A stretch of 64,000 nucleotides of DNA from Dictyostelium discoideum (Eukaryota): assembly GCA_000004695.1 (NCBI GenBank), contig CM000152.2, forward strand, positions 5,088,001 to 5,152,000, written 5' to 3'. Position 1 is the first letter of the stretch, and each line of letters starts with the position of its first letter. A model generated the notes under the pieces. The model was not told the DNA's origin, did no database searches, and saw nothing but the letters and a program-made list of their open reading frames with translations. Shown here one piece after another: positions 17,864 to 31,385 of this stretch. The translations under genes were made by a program, and so were the position numbers.

Positions 17864-18778
17864 TTCGTTTTTTTTACTTAATTAAAATTTCTATAACAAT
17901 AAATGAAATTAAAAAAAAAAAAAAAAAAAAAAAAATAAAAAAATTCGTGAAAAAAAAAAAAATTCAATTTTTAAAAAAAAAAAAAAACGAAAATTATTTT
18001 CAAGTTTGATGGATGTGTTTTCAAATATTTAATATGCAAAAAAAAAATAAAAAAATAAAAATAAAAAATAAATCCAAAGTTAAAGTTCTATAATTTTTTA
18101 AAATACAACAATACTAAAAAAAATAAAAAAACATAAAAAAAAAAAAAAATAAAAAAAAAACTATAAATCATTTTTCTTTTATTTTTTTATTTTTTTTTAT
18201 TTTTTTATTTTTTTTTTATTTTTTTATTGTTGGATAAAATAATTTAGTAAAGATTAATGAATCATTATATTAATATTAATAAAACTATTAATATTATTTT
18301 TTTTTTTTTTTTGTTGTATAAAAAAAAAAAAAATCCAGTTTTCATTTACGCATTTATGTCTCTTTATAAGCTTTATTTTTTTATTTTTATTTTAATATTT
18401 ATTTTCATTTTATATCTTTTTTTTGAAATTAATTTTTTTAAAGATCTCTTTATCTAAACGCAAAAAAAAAAAAGTTTTTTTATTTTATTATTATTATTTT
18501 TTTTTTTTCAGTTAGAATTGTTTTTTTTTTGTTTTATTTTTAATTTTTAATTTTTATTTTTTTATTTTTTAATAATTTTTATTTTTTACTTATTTTTTTT
18601 TTTTTTGTTTTTTTGGTTTAAATATTGACAGCGTGTTATTTGTGTTTTTTTTTATTTTTATTTTTATTTTTTATTAAAATTATAATTTTATATTTTTTTT
18701 ATAAAATTTTATAAAAAAAAAAACTCTTTGTAGATTTTTTTTTTTTTTAAATTTTCTCCAACCCATTTAATCTCGATC

Positions 18779-18810
<32 letters not shown>

Positions 18811-18918
18811 TTTTTTATTTTTTTTTTTTTTTATTTAACCAAAATTTTTTTATATATTTTTTTTTTTTTTTATAATCATATCAACCTTTTTATTAAAAAA
18901 AATAAAAAGACCAAAACC

Positions 18919-20104
18919 ATGGTTAATAAAAGAGTCGAAAATATCAATAAAAATGAAATAAAATTTAAAGATGAAGAAATTATTAAACAACAATATTTAT
19001 CACCAGACGAAAATGAATTTCAAGTAATATCATCAACTACAACAAAGAATAGAAAGAATAAAGCAATTGTAGAAAAAGAAAAAAATAATAAAGTACATGA
19101 AATCATTATAGATAATACAAATAATACAGTAATCACTAAAACTCCACCACCATCATCACCAAAAGGTAATAATAATAAAAATAATAATAATAACAATAAT
19201 AATAATAATGATAATAATGAACATATTGAAAATAGTAAATCAAAAAAATCAAAAAAATCAACATCAGCAGCAGCAGCAGCAGCAACAACAATAGTAAATA
19301 ATAATAAAAAAGAAATATTAGGATCATTTAACAATAATTTAAAATTTGTTAGGGCAAGTGGCATTTTCATGTTTTTATATTATTTAACAATGATGTATGT
19401 ACGTTATCAACATAGAGGAGCAATTGGATTTGCTGATACATTATGGTTATGTAATTTATCGATTGTATTTGGATTCATTTCGATCGCAGTCAATAAACCA
19501 ATCTTTTTAGGTATCGCTTGCAATTGTACATTAATAGTTCATGCATTATGGGTTGTTGATGTTGTGGCTTGGTTAATCACTGGTTCCTTCCCATTGGGTA
19601 ATGCAGAATATATTAGTTGGCCAACTATCACTTGGGGTGAAATTATCACTACAACTCATCATGCTTGGTTCGTACCATTATCTATGATTTGTCTTCATAG
19701 AAATGGTGGTTATCCTTACGGTGCTTGGTCAGGTTCAATGTTATGTGTAATACCAGTAGTATATTTATCAAAATTATTCCCAAAGATTTTAGTTTTACCT
19801 GATAATTCAACTTTTTATTTAAATATTAGTAAGTTTTTTAGCCATTTATGGTAAAACTGGAAAAAAAAAAAAAAAAAGAAAAAAAAAGATTCTAATTCTA
19901 TTATCATTTTTTATTTTATTAATTTATTTTTAAATAGATATGGCCCACGAATGGTGGAGTGATATGAATGGCTGGCCATTTTCTTTAATTCCAAATGATC
20001 CAGCCCAATATTATTTCTTTTTACTTAGTTTTTCATTAGTATTATTTACAACTGCTCATTTCTTAATGAGATTAGTTTGTTATATCGTACTCAAAAGAAA
20101 CTAA
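18919..20104 (+). CDS. Hypothetical multi-pass membrane protein (2 exons)
   Basis: Exon 1 is 18919-19828 (donor A|GTAAGT), the intron is 19829-19937, and exon 2 is 19938-20104. A hydrophilic N/K-rich N-terminus is followed by 6-7 hydrophobic helices (FMFLYYLTMMYV, LWLCNLSIVFGFISIAV, IACNCTLIVHALWVVDVVAWLITG, ...). No family recognised. Confidence 0.5.
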
Positions 20105-20113
20105 ATGTAGAGT

Positions 20114-20151
<38 letters not shown>

Positions 20152-20422
20152 TAGAATTATATATATATAAAAAAGAAAAAAAAAAAAAAATATAAAATAA
20201 AATAGAAATAAAAATTGTTTTTTTAGTTATTATTGTATCACCATAGATAAATTTTAAATGATTTATCATTAAAAGAAAGAAAAGAAATAAAAATAAAAAA
20301 AATAAAAAGAAATTAAAAACTACTAATAAATAACTAAAAAAAAAAGAGATATATTATTATTTTCTATTTTTATTATTTTTTTTTCTTTTTTTTTTTTTTT
20401 TTTAAAAATATTATACAATTAT

Positions 20423-21952
20423 TTAAACAACTAAATCGGCATATCTTTTATCATTGATTGCAGCTTCCATTAAATCCTTTGGAGTGATGGAAGAGGATTC
20501 ACCAGTTTCAATGACAGCTTTTAAGATTGATGGTGAGAAACCAGAGATTAAACCAACACCTTCAGTTTTTGAAGAGTCAGTAACACCACATTGAGAGTTA
20601 CCATTTACATTCCAGTAAATGAGTTGTGGTGGGACGTAACCAGCATCTTTGTATTGATCAATCATAGCATCATGGTTGGATTTCTTTGAGTATTTTCCAT
20701 CGGCAGTATCAAAAGCCATATCAGAGATTACGAATAATTTCTTTGGCATATCTTCTTGTGGCAATTTATTTTGTTTGGCTTTTTCCAAGATCATCTCGAA
20801 AGCACGGTTAAAGTTTGTTGAACCACCCCAAGGAGCAGCAGCTAAATTTGAAACTTTATCACGTAAAGAATCACCTGTGACCTTGTGGAAAGTTGGTGTT
20901 TCATGGAAAGTGATAACTAAATCTTTGAATGGTGGTGCGACAACTGATGAAATCAAGATACCGAGTGCAATTGAAACTTCCATTGGTGTACCACTCATAC
21001 TACCAGAGACATCACTGAGGACGAGAGCATCCTTGAGGGAACCTAATTTTCTAACTTCTTGTTCCAATACTTTCCATTGCTCTTCGAGGATGTCATCCTT
21101 TGCAATACCTTTGAGATATTCCTTAACGATCTCGTGTGGGAACAATTGTTTAGCGTTTACTTTGGTTTCACCCTTCTTTAAGGATTCGATATATTCAGCG
21201 AATAAACTTGGTTCATGACGTTCGAAAGCTTTACGTTGTAATTTCATACAACGTGATGGTACCTTTGAGTAACTAATTTCATTCCATTGGTTGGCAGACA
21301 TTTTACGTTCTACAACATCGAGATGTTTTCTTAATGGTACTAAATAATTCTTTCTATAGTCTTTCTTGGCGGTGGATTTATTGGCAGAAAGTAAGAGGGC
21401 AATCTTTTTACAGGCTTTTGATGAGGTTGGATCAGAGTGACCTTCAGTTGGTGCCCATTTTGCAGCTAATGAAATCTTGGCCTTCTCTTGATCCTTTGAT
21501 AAACTTTCAACATCTTTTTTCAATTGGGTGGTAATTGACTCCAATGCTAATGGCTCAACGGTGGTACCAATTAATTGGACGACATCTTTCCATGATCCAA
21601 ATTCTGGTACATGTTTAAAGTTTTTCTCAACAGTGCTTGGTGATACACCATTCATCCATACCAAACTTTGTTGGAAAAGGGTACGTTCACCTTTACCACC
21701 ACGACAATCACGTAATTGGAATACTAATTTCAAGGTATCCAATGGTGATACTTCCCAAGATGCTTGTAAAAGTTGATTCAATTCTCCTTGTTCTAAACCA
21801 CGTGCTGACTTGAAGAAAAAGTTAACTCTTGCGTCATCTGTACCTGCTGGTGTATTTACATGTTTTGGGAATACTTTTGCTACTTTAGTTTTCTTGTTTG
21901 GACCATGTTTATATTTTTTACCCAATGATTTTGATGAAGCTGATGATGACAT
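20423..21952 (-). CDS. vWA-domain protein with a MIDAS motif, DUF2828 / TROVE-vWA-like family
   Basis: Single exon, with an ATG at 21952. The upstream part of the computed ORF is poly-F from the A-rich promoter. The MIDAS motif is LVLSDVSGSMSGTPMEVSIALGILIS, followed by a second-site AAPWGGSTNF. Overall the protein resembles plant and amoebozoan DUF2828 proteins. Confidence 0.7.
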   Translation of the reverse strand: MSSSASSKSLGKKYKHGPNKKTKVAKVFPKHVNTPAGTDDARVNFFFKSARGLEQGELNQLLQASWEVSPLDTLKLVFQLRDCRGGKGERTLFQQSLVWMNGVSPSTVEKNFKHVPEFGSWKDVVQLIGTTVEPLALESITTQLKKDVESLSKDQEKAKISLAAKWAPTEGHSDPTSSKACKKIALLLSANKSTAKKDYRKNYLVPLRKHLDVVERKMSANQWNEISYSKVPSRCMKLQRKAFERHEPSLFAEYIESLKKGETKVNAKQLFPHEIVKEYLKGIAKDDILEEQWKVLEQEVRKLGSLKDALVLSDVSGSMSGTPMEVSIALGILISSVVAPPFKDLVITFHETPTFHKVTGDSLRDKVSNLAAAPWGGSTNFNRAFEMILEKAKQNKLPQEDMPKKLFVISDMAFDTADGKYSKKSNHDAMIDQYKDAGYVPPQLIYWNVNGNSQCGVTDSSKTEGVGLISGFSPSILKAVIETGESSSITPKDLMEAAINDKRYADLVV

Positions 21953-22360
21953 TTTATAAATTGTTTTTAAAAAAAAAAAAAAAAAAAAAAATTTGTTTGT
22001 GTGTGAAAAAAAAAAAAATAAAATAAAATAATTGAAAAAAAAACTGAAAGATAGCAAATTGAAAAAAAAAAAATTAAAAAAATCTTTAAGTACATTTTTT
22101 TTTTTTTTTCAAATCGGATTAAAAATGAGAAAAAAAATCGAATCAATGGTGGTTCGTTGAATTAATTTTTTTTTGAATTTTTATTTTTATTAATTTTTTA
22201 TTTTTTTTTTTTTATTTATTTTTGTTAAAATTAAAATAATAATTTATAGAGATTGTTTATCTCTTTCTTGTTTATTTTATCAAAATAATAACTTTTTTTT
22301 TTTTTTTTTTTTTTTATTTATTTTCTCAAAATTAATTAATTATCCAAAAAAAGTTATTTG

Positions 22361-22415
<55 letters not shown>

Positions 22416-22613
22416 ACTAAAACACTAAAACACTAAAAAATTGATCTTGTATCCAATTAAAAAGATATCATTTTGAGTTGAACTATTGTATAATAAAAGA
22501 GACAAACACAACATATGTGAAATAATATATTTTATTTTATTTTTTTTTTTTTTTAATATTCAAAAATTTTATAAAAAGAAAAGTTGAAAGTTTAAAAAAA
22601 GAAACCAATTTCA

Positions 22614-23234
22614 TTATAAGCCACAAATTCTATCTGTTTCAGATTTATTAAAAACCAATTCTAAATGAACACGATTTTTCCTGCATTCCCTAGCAAATTT
22701 ATTCAAATGATCTTTTTCTAACAAAATCATAACAAGTTCCAATTTGTTTGGACTGTAATATATTGGTTGATTAAAATAATTTTGGGTTTCAATAATAGAA
22801 TTATATTGATGTTGATTATTATTTCCATTATTGACAATAACTGTTTTTTTAAAAATTTGTTGACATGGTGAATAATAAAATAAAGATTTATGAGTTCCAT
22901 CAACTTCATAATGAACACATCCAATTAATTTAAAATAGAAACATAGACTTAAAAATGCACAAAAAAGGTTCAAAAAATTCATTGTAAACATATTAAATAT
23001 TGGATTAAATTGAAAATCAGATGATGGTTCCCAAAAAAAGAAAGGTTTTTTTAAATGAATCTTTATAAATTAGTGCTTGTACTATTAAACTAGTGGTACA
23101 TGTTATCATTCCAATTATAACAACAATTAATACACCTATTTTATTTCCATATACACTATCAACTGGAGCTAATGAGTTAAAATAAGATGATTCTATACTT
23201 AATCTTCCTTCATCCTTTTTTAAATCATATTCCC

Positions 23235-23295
<61 letters not shown>

Positions 23296-23690
23296 AAAAA
23301 AAAATTATTAAATTTATTAATAAACTAAAGATTAATTTTATTATTTAATTATTTAATTATTTGATTATTTTTTATTAAAATGTATAAAAACTTACACATT
23401 AAAGCTTGTCTGCCAAGGAGAATAAAAAAGTTCAGTCCTATTGTTAGAATAGTAGCCCAAAAACAAGACATATTAATGTTTGAAAATGCAGCAACAGCAA
23501 CACCAAAGATTATATAATCAAAACCATCAAAAACTCCCCTCCAATATATGGCTTGGTCAGGCCAAAACTTTATTTTTCCTATATCATTTGGTTGTTTTTC
23601 ATGTTTTTTTAAATTAACATTATCTTTTTTGTTAATTTCTTTTATAACTGTTTGGCAATGGATACAATGGCAAGAAATATTGTTTTGCAT
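22614..23690 (-). CDS. Hypothetical transmembrane protein; 2 exons plus an apparent frameshift, so possibly a pseudogene or a sequencing error
   Basis: Exon 1 is 23398-23690 (MQNNISCHCIHCQ...GRQALM, donor T|GTAAGT). The acceptor lies near 23231. Exon 2 reads ...EYDLKKDEGRLSIESSYFNSLAPVDSVYGNKIGVLIVVIIGMITCTTSLIVQALIYKDSFKK. The reading frame then changes within the A7/T7 runs at about 23020-23050 and continues in the long frame of ORF 22614-22991. Confidence 0.4.
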
Positions 23691-24757
23691 TTCTTTTTTT
23701 TTTATTTATTAATTAAAAGAGAATTATTCAAATAAAATTTCTTTTAAATACACAAGAAAAGTTTTTTTTTTTTTAAAAATAATACAAAAATAATTTAAAA
23801 TTAAATTTTATTAAAAATAAAATTATTTTGAGGTTAGTTTATTAAAGATACTTTTTAAATAGGTTGAAATCAAAGAAAATCACATTTTTTTTAATATGGG
23901 ATTGACTTAAAAAATTAAAAAAACATTGATGAGTTTGATTTTAATTTTTTTTTTAAAAACAAAATCACTCTAAAAATTCCATAAAAATTTTTTTTTTTTT
24001 TCATTAAGGAAATAATCTATTAATCATTAAATTTTAAGTGCTCTAAAAATAAATATTTCCAATAAAAAACAAAAAAAAGAAAATTTTTGATTAAAAATTA
24101 TTAGTGTTTATTAATAGCACAATAAAAAATTTATTTTTGATACAAATTTTTTTTTTTTATTACATAAATGGATAAAGATTGAGTGTTTATGTGGTTTTTT
24201 TATTGGGGTAAAATAATTAAATATCTTAATAATTTAAAAAAAACACAAAAATAAAATTAACCAATTTTTTTAATTAAAAAAATTAAAAATTAAAAATAAA
24301 AAATCTATTAATTTAATTTATTATGTACTTTTTATTATTACTAGTTATTTTAATTATATTCTTTGTATCATTCACTTGTGAAAGTTAAATAATTTGAAAA
24401 ATACTCTGATTCATCGCTTTATTCTTCCTCCAATTCTGGTTCAGTGCCAGATGATATTTAAATAATCTCTCATTCTTGTGTTTAAATCAGGTTTTTCTAT
24501 ACTTGATTCAAATGATATATTATCAATCTCTTTTTCTTCTTTTTCACTGCAACTTTTTTTTTTTTTTTTTTTTTCTTTTTATCTTTAATTTAATAAAGAT
24601 CGCTAAACTTGAAAAATTAGAAAATTCTATATTTCAAATCATATTTATACTCAATTTTCTAATTTTTTTTTTTTTTATATTTTTATATTTTTATATTTAT
24701 TTATTTAATTTAATTTATTTATTTAATATTATATATATGTTAAATTTTTTTAAAAAT

Positions 24758-27700
24758 TTAATTTTTAAAACCACCAACTAAGATTGCTTTACATTGTTTT
24801 GCTCTTTCTAAGAAAAGAGAAGATTCATTTGGAAAACCTCTTTCAATTAAAAAGTTTGCATAAGCGGTTAAACAACGATAATTATTTGAATCAGCTTCAA
24901 GAGAACGAAGGAAATAATCTTCAGCTTTTTCATAACGTTCACAACGAACTAAAAAGTTTGCATAAAAGAAGAGAATGAGGGGACCTTTAGTATCGGCATC
25001 GATAGCACGTAAGAAATAACGATCAGTATTTACCACGACACGATCAGACATTGAAAATCTAACATTGGACATATTTTTACCTTGACTTGCACTAAATTCC
25101 AAAATTTTACACCAAGCTTGAGCACATAGTTGTAAGGTTTCCTTATTGTTTGGATTTGAAATTAATGCCAATTCAAAGAATTTTCTAGCTTTATGTAATA
25201 AATGAATGGCGGTACCAATTGAACGTTCAGTCATTGCTTTAGCATAAAAGAAGGTACCTTCAGCATTTGTAACCAAATCAGTATGTTTAACACGTACACC
25301 AATCTTTTTCAAATCACTAGTATCGAATGGTTGATAATGATTCCAAAGATTTGATTGAGTATCGGCCACTTTTTCAATGGTTTTCTTTCTAAATTTCAAA
25401 TGAGTCATATCTCTGAATCTAGTGAACAATAAATGACGACCAATCACTGGATCATAATTGTTACCCTCTAGTTTCTCATAGAGAATTTCTTGAAGTTTCC
25501 AACCATTTGTACTTGCTTGTTGTTGAGCTTGTTGTTGAGCTTGTTGTTGTTGTTGAGTTTGAGTTGATTGAATAGTTGGTGATGCTGGAGCCAATGGATA
25601 TTGAGTTGATTTTCTAATACCACCATCTTTTGACGATGGTGTTGTCGGATATCCACTACCACTATTATTTAAATTACCATTTCCATTGGTTGTTAAATCT
25701 AAAACATTATCACTACTTGTATTTGTACCTAAACTACCACTACTACCATTCTGTTGTTGTTGTTGTTTATGCATCGTTAAAACCGTTGGAATATTAATAA
25801 TATAGAATTTTGAAGCCAATTCATTCTTTACTGTTACATTCCAAAATTCATTAGTATCGAAATCTGTCAATGTTGAAATACCAAAAACCATATTTAAGAA
25901 TTTAGTTGTCAAATCAATATAAGGTGCTGATAAGGGTTGATTATAACGTTTCATTGCACTTCTTAATCTTCTACGTAAATCATTTTTAAGTACTCTTGCA
26001 ATGGCTTCGATGAGTAGTACAAAGCAAGCATCTCTATCATCCATAATCACCAACATATGACCTATCCAACGCATATTAATACCTTGTCTATGGAATTGTT
26101 CTGGAATATGAACATCACCAGTCAACAAAGTACCATTGTTTAGTGATTCTTTAATCATCCACTTTAGACGAACTGATAGACGTGGAATTAACTCTGTTAA
26201 CAATCTATTGGAAGCTTCTTTTACCTCTTGATTATGAATCAATCTATCTTTATCATTCTTTATAAAACCACTGAATGCATCGGAGCATAATGGTTTTGGA
26301 TGATTCTTTAGGAACTCTGGTCTAAACAATTGGAATAAATGACCACCTGGTACATTTTCATCTGGATAAGTTGGTGGAAAGGTACGAGAGAAATCTATTA
26401 AATAAAATCTACCATCGGTACCGATATGACCTTCGATATCTGTGGCGGAATAAAGTAGAGTGGGTGGAACTGATGTACCACCTAAATGAGGTTTCAAATT
26501 TAACATTTGTGATAATGAATGCATAATTGGTAATGCTTTTTCATTTGCATGAACTGTTTTACCCATATCACTTGAACCATAGACGATAGTTGATTTTTCA
26601 CCACTTGAAATGATTGGTAAGTAGCTCATTGCAATCAAACGGAAACCCATAAAATCTACTAAAGCCATCAAAGGTACACAAAGACCACCGATTGGACAAT
26701 TTAAAGTTGCCATACAACCTTTTAATTCTTGACCACCAACTTTTGCTCCACCCCATTCATCATAAACATTTGAACTTCCAGAGAATTTAAAGAGTACATT
26801 TCTTACAATATATTTATCACCACCTAAATGACCACCAATTGAACGACTTTGAATGGTTTTCTCTTTTAAATAACGTTCTTCAATGATAATTCTACCATAG
26901 GTTTTGACAGTATGTATAAAATCTTGAGAAATATGTAATAAATCTGTACAAATCTCTTGTAAGCGATAAAGATTTGTATCCAATGATGGAAATTCTCTAA
27001 ATCTAAGTACAACTTTTTGAAATCTTTCATTCAAATCTGATTCATCATCTAATTTAGATTCATCATCATCATCTTCTTGTTTATTTTTTCTTTGATTTGT
27101 TGGTGATGATGAATTTGGTGTTAAATTTCTATTGCTATTGCTATTGCTATTATTGGATTGTTTATTTTGTTGAATTTCATATGGATCAATATTATCTGGT
27201 TGTTGTAATAGTTTATCACTACTGTTTGATTTTATATCATCTCTTAATGGTTGAGAAGTTTGTTTATTATTACTACTATTTACACTTGTTATAAAATTAC
27301 TTTCAGCTCTATTTAAAACCCTATCACCACGAGACGGTGATTGAATTGAGAAAGTGGATGTTGATCTATGAATTGTTTGCTGTCTAGATTCTTCATTCTC
27401 TGAATCGTACTCTGATAAATCATCTCTATCATAACCAGAAATAATCGATTCAGTATCATATGGATTTTGATTATTTTGATTTGGTGAATTTGGATTATCT
27501 ACAGCTGAAAATATTGCCATTGAATTTGATGATAATGACATTCCAGTCTTTGCTACACTATTAATATTTAAAAATCCATGTTGTTCACCAACTACACTTG
27601 TATTCATATTAGCTCTATTTAATGTAAAATTATTAACAATTGCTATTGGTTTAGTAGTTCCATTATTATTATTATTATTATTGTTATTATTATTAATATT

Positions 27701-27842
27701 ATTATTAATATTATTATTATTGTTATTATTATTATTTTCATTCATATTATTTAAAAATGCATTTAATTGAGAATTTAATGTTGATGCTGTCACTGTTCGA
27801 GTTAATGTTGGTGGTGGTTCAACAATTGTTACATTGTTATCA

Positions 27843-27907
<65 letters not shown>

Positions 27908-29448
27908 TTTATTATCATCATCATCATTATTATTATTATTTTCATTATTATTAATATTATTAATAATATTATTATTGTTATTATTATTATTGTTGTTTTG
28001 ATTATTACTAATGGTTATATTTGATTGCATTATACCACCTAAAACTACACTATTACCACGATTAATTGGATCTCTTGAAGTTGGAAATGCTTTATTAAAA
28101 CCAATTCCATTCGTATTGTTTATAATATTATTATTATTATTACTATTATTATCAATTGGTTGTATAGTTGTAGAATTAACAATAGAAGAAGGTGTTGGAG
28201 GAGGTGGTTCTCTTGGTAATGCACTTGAATGTCTTAAACTACTTTTAGAAGCAATACTTGGTAATACTTCCAATGTATTACGATGCCAATTTTTTTGTTC
28301 GTCTTCAGAAGGTTGAAAGCCATAGGCCTGATTATAGGCATTGTCATAATCAACCTCTGGTGATGGTGACGATGATATCTTTATTGGTGGTTGTTGTCTG
28401 AGTTGATCTTGTTGAGATTGCGTTGGTGGTGGTGGTGGTACAGGTGTTATAAATGATGGTGTTGATATTATAACTGGTGATCTATTAAGTTGTTGTTGCT
28501 GTTGCTGTTGCTGTTGTTGCTGTAGTTGTTGCTGTAGGTCATATTGATGTTGTTGAGCTTGGGCTTGAGCCAATTGCTGAGCCAATTGTTGAGCCTGAGC
28601 CTGTTGTTGTTGAAGATTTAAAGCATTTACATAGTTATGTAAATTATTTATATTAGTACTACTATTTAAATTGAATGGTTGATTTACAGATAAGGAGGAA
28701 GAGGTTGGAGTTTGTGGTGGTTGTAATTGATTATTGTTATTATTATTATTGCTATTATTATTATTCGTTGATGATACAGTTGATGTTGTGGTTGTGGTTG
28801 TAGTTGTAGTTGTTATGGATATAGTATTTATATTTGTGCTACTACCATCAAGGGTTGGTGAAGTTGAAGTTGTATTTAAACTATTTGCAACTTCATTTGA
28901 ACAAACCCTATAATAATTGATTCTTCCATTTGAATCTTTAAACGGAGGTCTTGATGGGAATGGTACACTAAGAATTTGATGTCTTCTTCTTTTGAAATTT
29001 TCTTCGGTCGTTGTTGGTGTATTACCAATGCTACTACCACTACTACCCATACCATTATTAAAAAACCCACTATCCTTTATACTCGTGGTACCATTGTTAC
29101 CATTATTATTTGGTAAAAATGATGAATTTAAATTTATTGGTAAAATATTTTTTGGTGATGTCACACCTTTTGCATTTTCTTTCTCCTTTTCTTTTTCTCT
29201 TTCTTTTTCTTTCTCTTTCTCTTTTTCTTTTTCTTTTTCTTTTTCTTTATCTTTTTCTTTATCGCCTGAATTTTTTAAATTTTTAAATACACCTTTCTTT
29301 TTAATTGATCCATTACTATCATTTTTATCATTTTTATTGTTACCGCTGTTATTATTATTATTGTTATTCATGTTATTATTATTATTATTACTACTGTTAT
29401 TATCAGTATTGATATTATTATTATTAATATTATTATTACTACTACTAC

Positions 29449-29529
<81 letters not shown>

Positions 29530-29538
29530 TAATGCTAC

Positions 29539-29605
<67 letters not shown>

Positions 29606-29672
29606 GTTGTTATTATTAATGCTATTAGTGTTATTATTATTATTATTACTATTATTATTATTGTTATTGTTA

Positions 29673-29748
<76 letters not shown>

Positions 29749-30171
29749 TATTATTATTATTTATATTGTTACCGCTATTATTACTATTTATACCGCTCGT
29801 ACTATTTTCGTTTATATTAATATTATTATTATTAATAATATTATTATTATTCGTATTATTCGTATTATTATTATTATTTATATTTATATTATTGTTAACA
29901 TTATTATTATTAATGCTATTAGAATTATTAGAATTATTATTTACACTCGAATTACTTGAAGTTAATAGATTACTGCCGCTACTAGTTGATGATACACTAT
30001 TAACACTACTAGCTAAACCACTATTACTATTTACACTCAAGCTATTGCTATCTTGTTCTCTTAAGCCATTACTGCTTAATAGTTGATCCCTATTCGAACC
30101 ACCACTTATACTTCCACTAAATATATAATGATTACTAGAATTTAATGGTTGTAAAGATGGTGATGATGAAC

Positions 30172-30223
<52 letters not shown>

Positions 30224-31163
30224 GCTATTGTTATTATTATTATTATTATTATTATTGCTATTGCTATTACTTGAAGATGAAGAAAAAAATTTATTAAAAA
30301 GACCTTTTTCTTTCTTTTTTGGATCCTTTTCTTTCTCTTTCTCCTTTTCTTTTTCTTTTTCTTTCTCTTTTTCCTTTTCTTTTTCTTTACCTATATTATT
30401 GCTATTGATTAAATTCATACCACTACCACTACCAAAACTACCACTATGATCTCTTTTAGAAGATCTTGCAGATGGTGATGATACTGACATAGTTGTAGTA
30501 CTATTTGTTGATGACGACGATGATGATGTGATTGTTGGTGTTATTGAATTATTACCAACCAAACCAAACTGGTGTGGTGTAATAATCATTTTTGCAATTG
30601 TAAGGAATATTAAATCTATATTTTCATTTCTTAATGCTGAACATTCAATACCAATAAACTTATTTAATAAACAAAAACTTCTAACCATTTCTGGTGGAGT
30701 CTTTTTCTCTAAATCTGATTTACATCCAACAACTAATATAGGTGTATTTACTGGTACATATCTTTTGGCCTCTATTGACCATTTTGATGTTATCTTTTCA
30801 AATGATTCTCTATTTGATGAATCATAAACAATAATTAATCCTTGTGCTCCTCTTAAAAAAAAAAAAAAAAAATTAATTAACATTTTTATAATATTTTTAA
30901 AATAAAAAATTTAAGCTTACTTGTAAAAACTTGATGTTAAATTTGATATTTTCTCTTGCCCAAATGTATCCCCCTATAATTAAAAAATAAAAAAAAAATA
31001 AAAAGTTAAAAAAATGACTTAATTATAGTTATAATTTTATTTTTTTACATACAATTTGAAGTTTATGTGATTTACCAGCAACTTCTACTGATTTAAATTT
31101 CTAAAATAAAAAATTAAATAAAAAAAAAAAAAAAAATAAAGTTAATTTCTTATTTAAAATAAA

Positions 31164-31223
<60 letters not shown>

Positions 31224-31385
31224 TATAATTATAATTATAATTATAATTGTACATACGGCTTCAAGAAGTACAGTTGGTTCATTTGGATTAAAAACACCAT
31301 CAGTGAACCTTAATAATAATGATGTCTTACCAACGCCATTATCACCGATAATCAATATTTTTAAACTTTTGTCTAGTTGTTGCAT
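24758..31385 (-). CDS. Giant (~2,100 aa) Ras/Rab-like GTPase fused to a CLU-homology domain and TPR repeats; 4 exons
   Basis: Exons are 31257-31385, 31053-31100, 30921-30973 and 24758-30851. G1 is IGDNGVGKTSLLLRF, G3 is GDTFGQE, G4 is VVGCKSDL, and a SAL/SAK-type motif ECSALRNENI follows. Low-complexity regions are a (GAGAAA)n EK-repeat, (AAT)n/(AAC)n poly-N and (CAA)n poly-Q. The CLU-type core is HIGTDGRFYLIDFSRTFPP. The C-terminus carries TPRs (YRCLTAYANFLIERG, YEKAEDYFLRSLEAD). Confidence 0.7.
29440..29760. repeat. Long (ATT)n / (AAT)n coding microsatellite: poly-Asn tracts of the GTPase-CLU gene
   Basis: About 320 bp of near-pure ATT on the plus strand, equal to AAT codons on the minus strand. 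Rare ATTG or GCT interruptions occur. Confidence 0.9.

Noticed and set aside
22414-22437. CACTAAAA x3 tandem octamer following a 60-bp A-run.
   Set aside because: A minor microsatellite in promoter DNA. Nothing distinguishes it from background slippage products.
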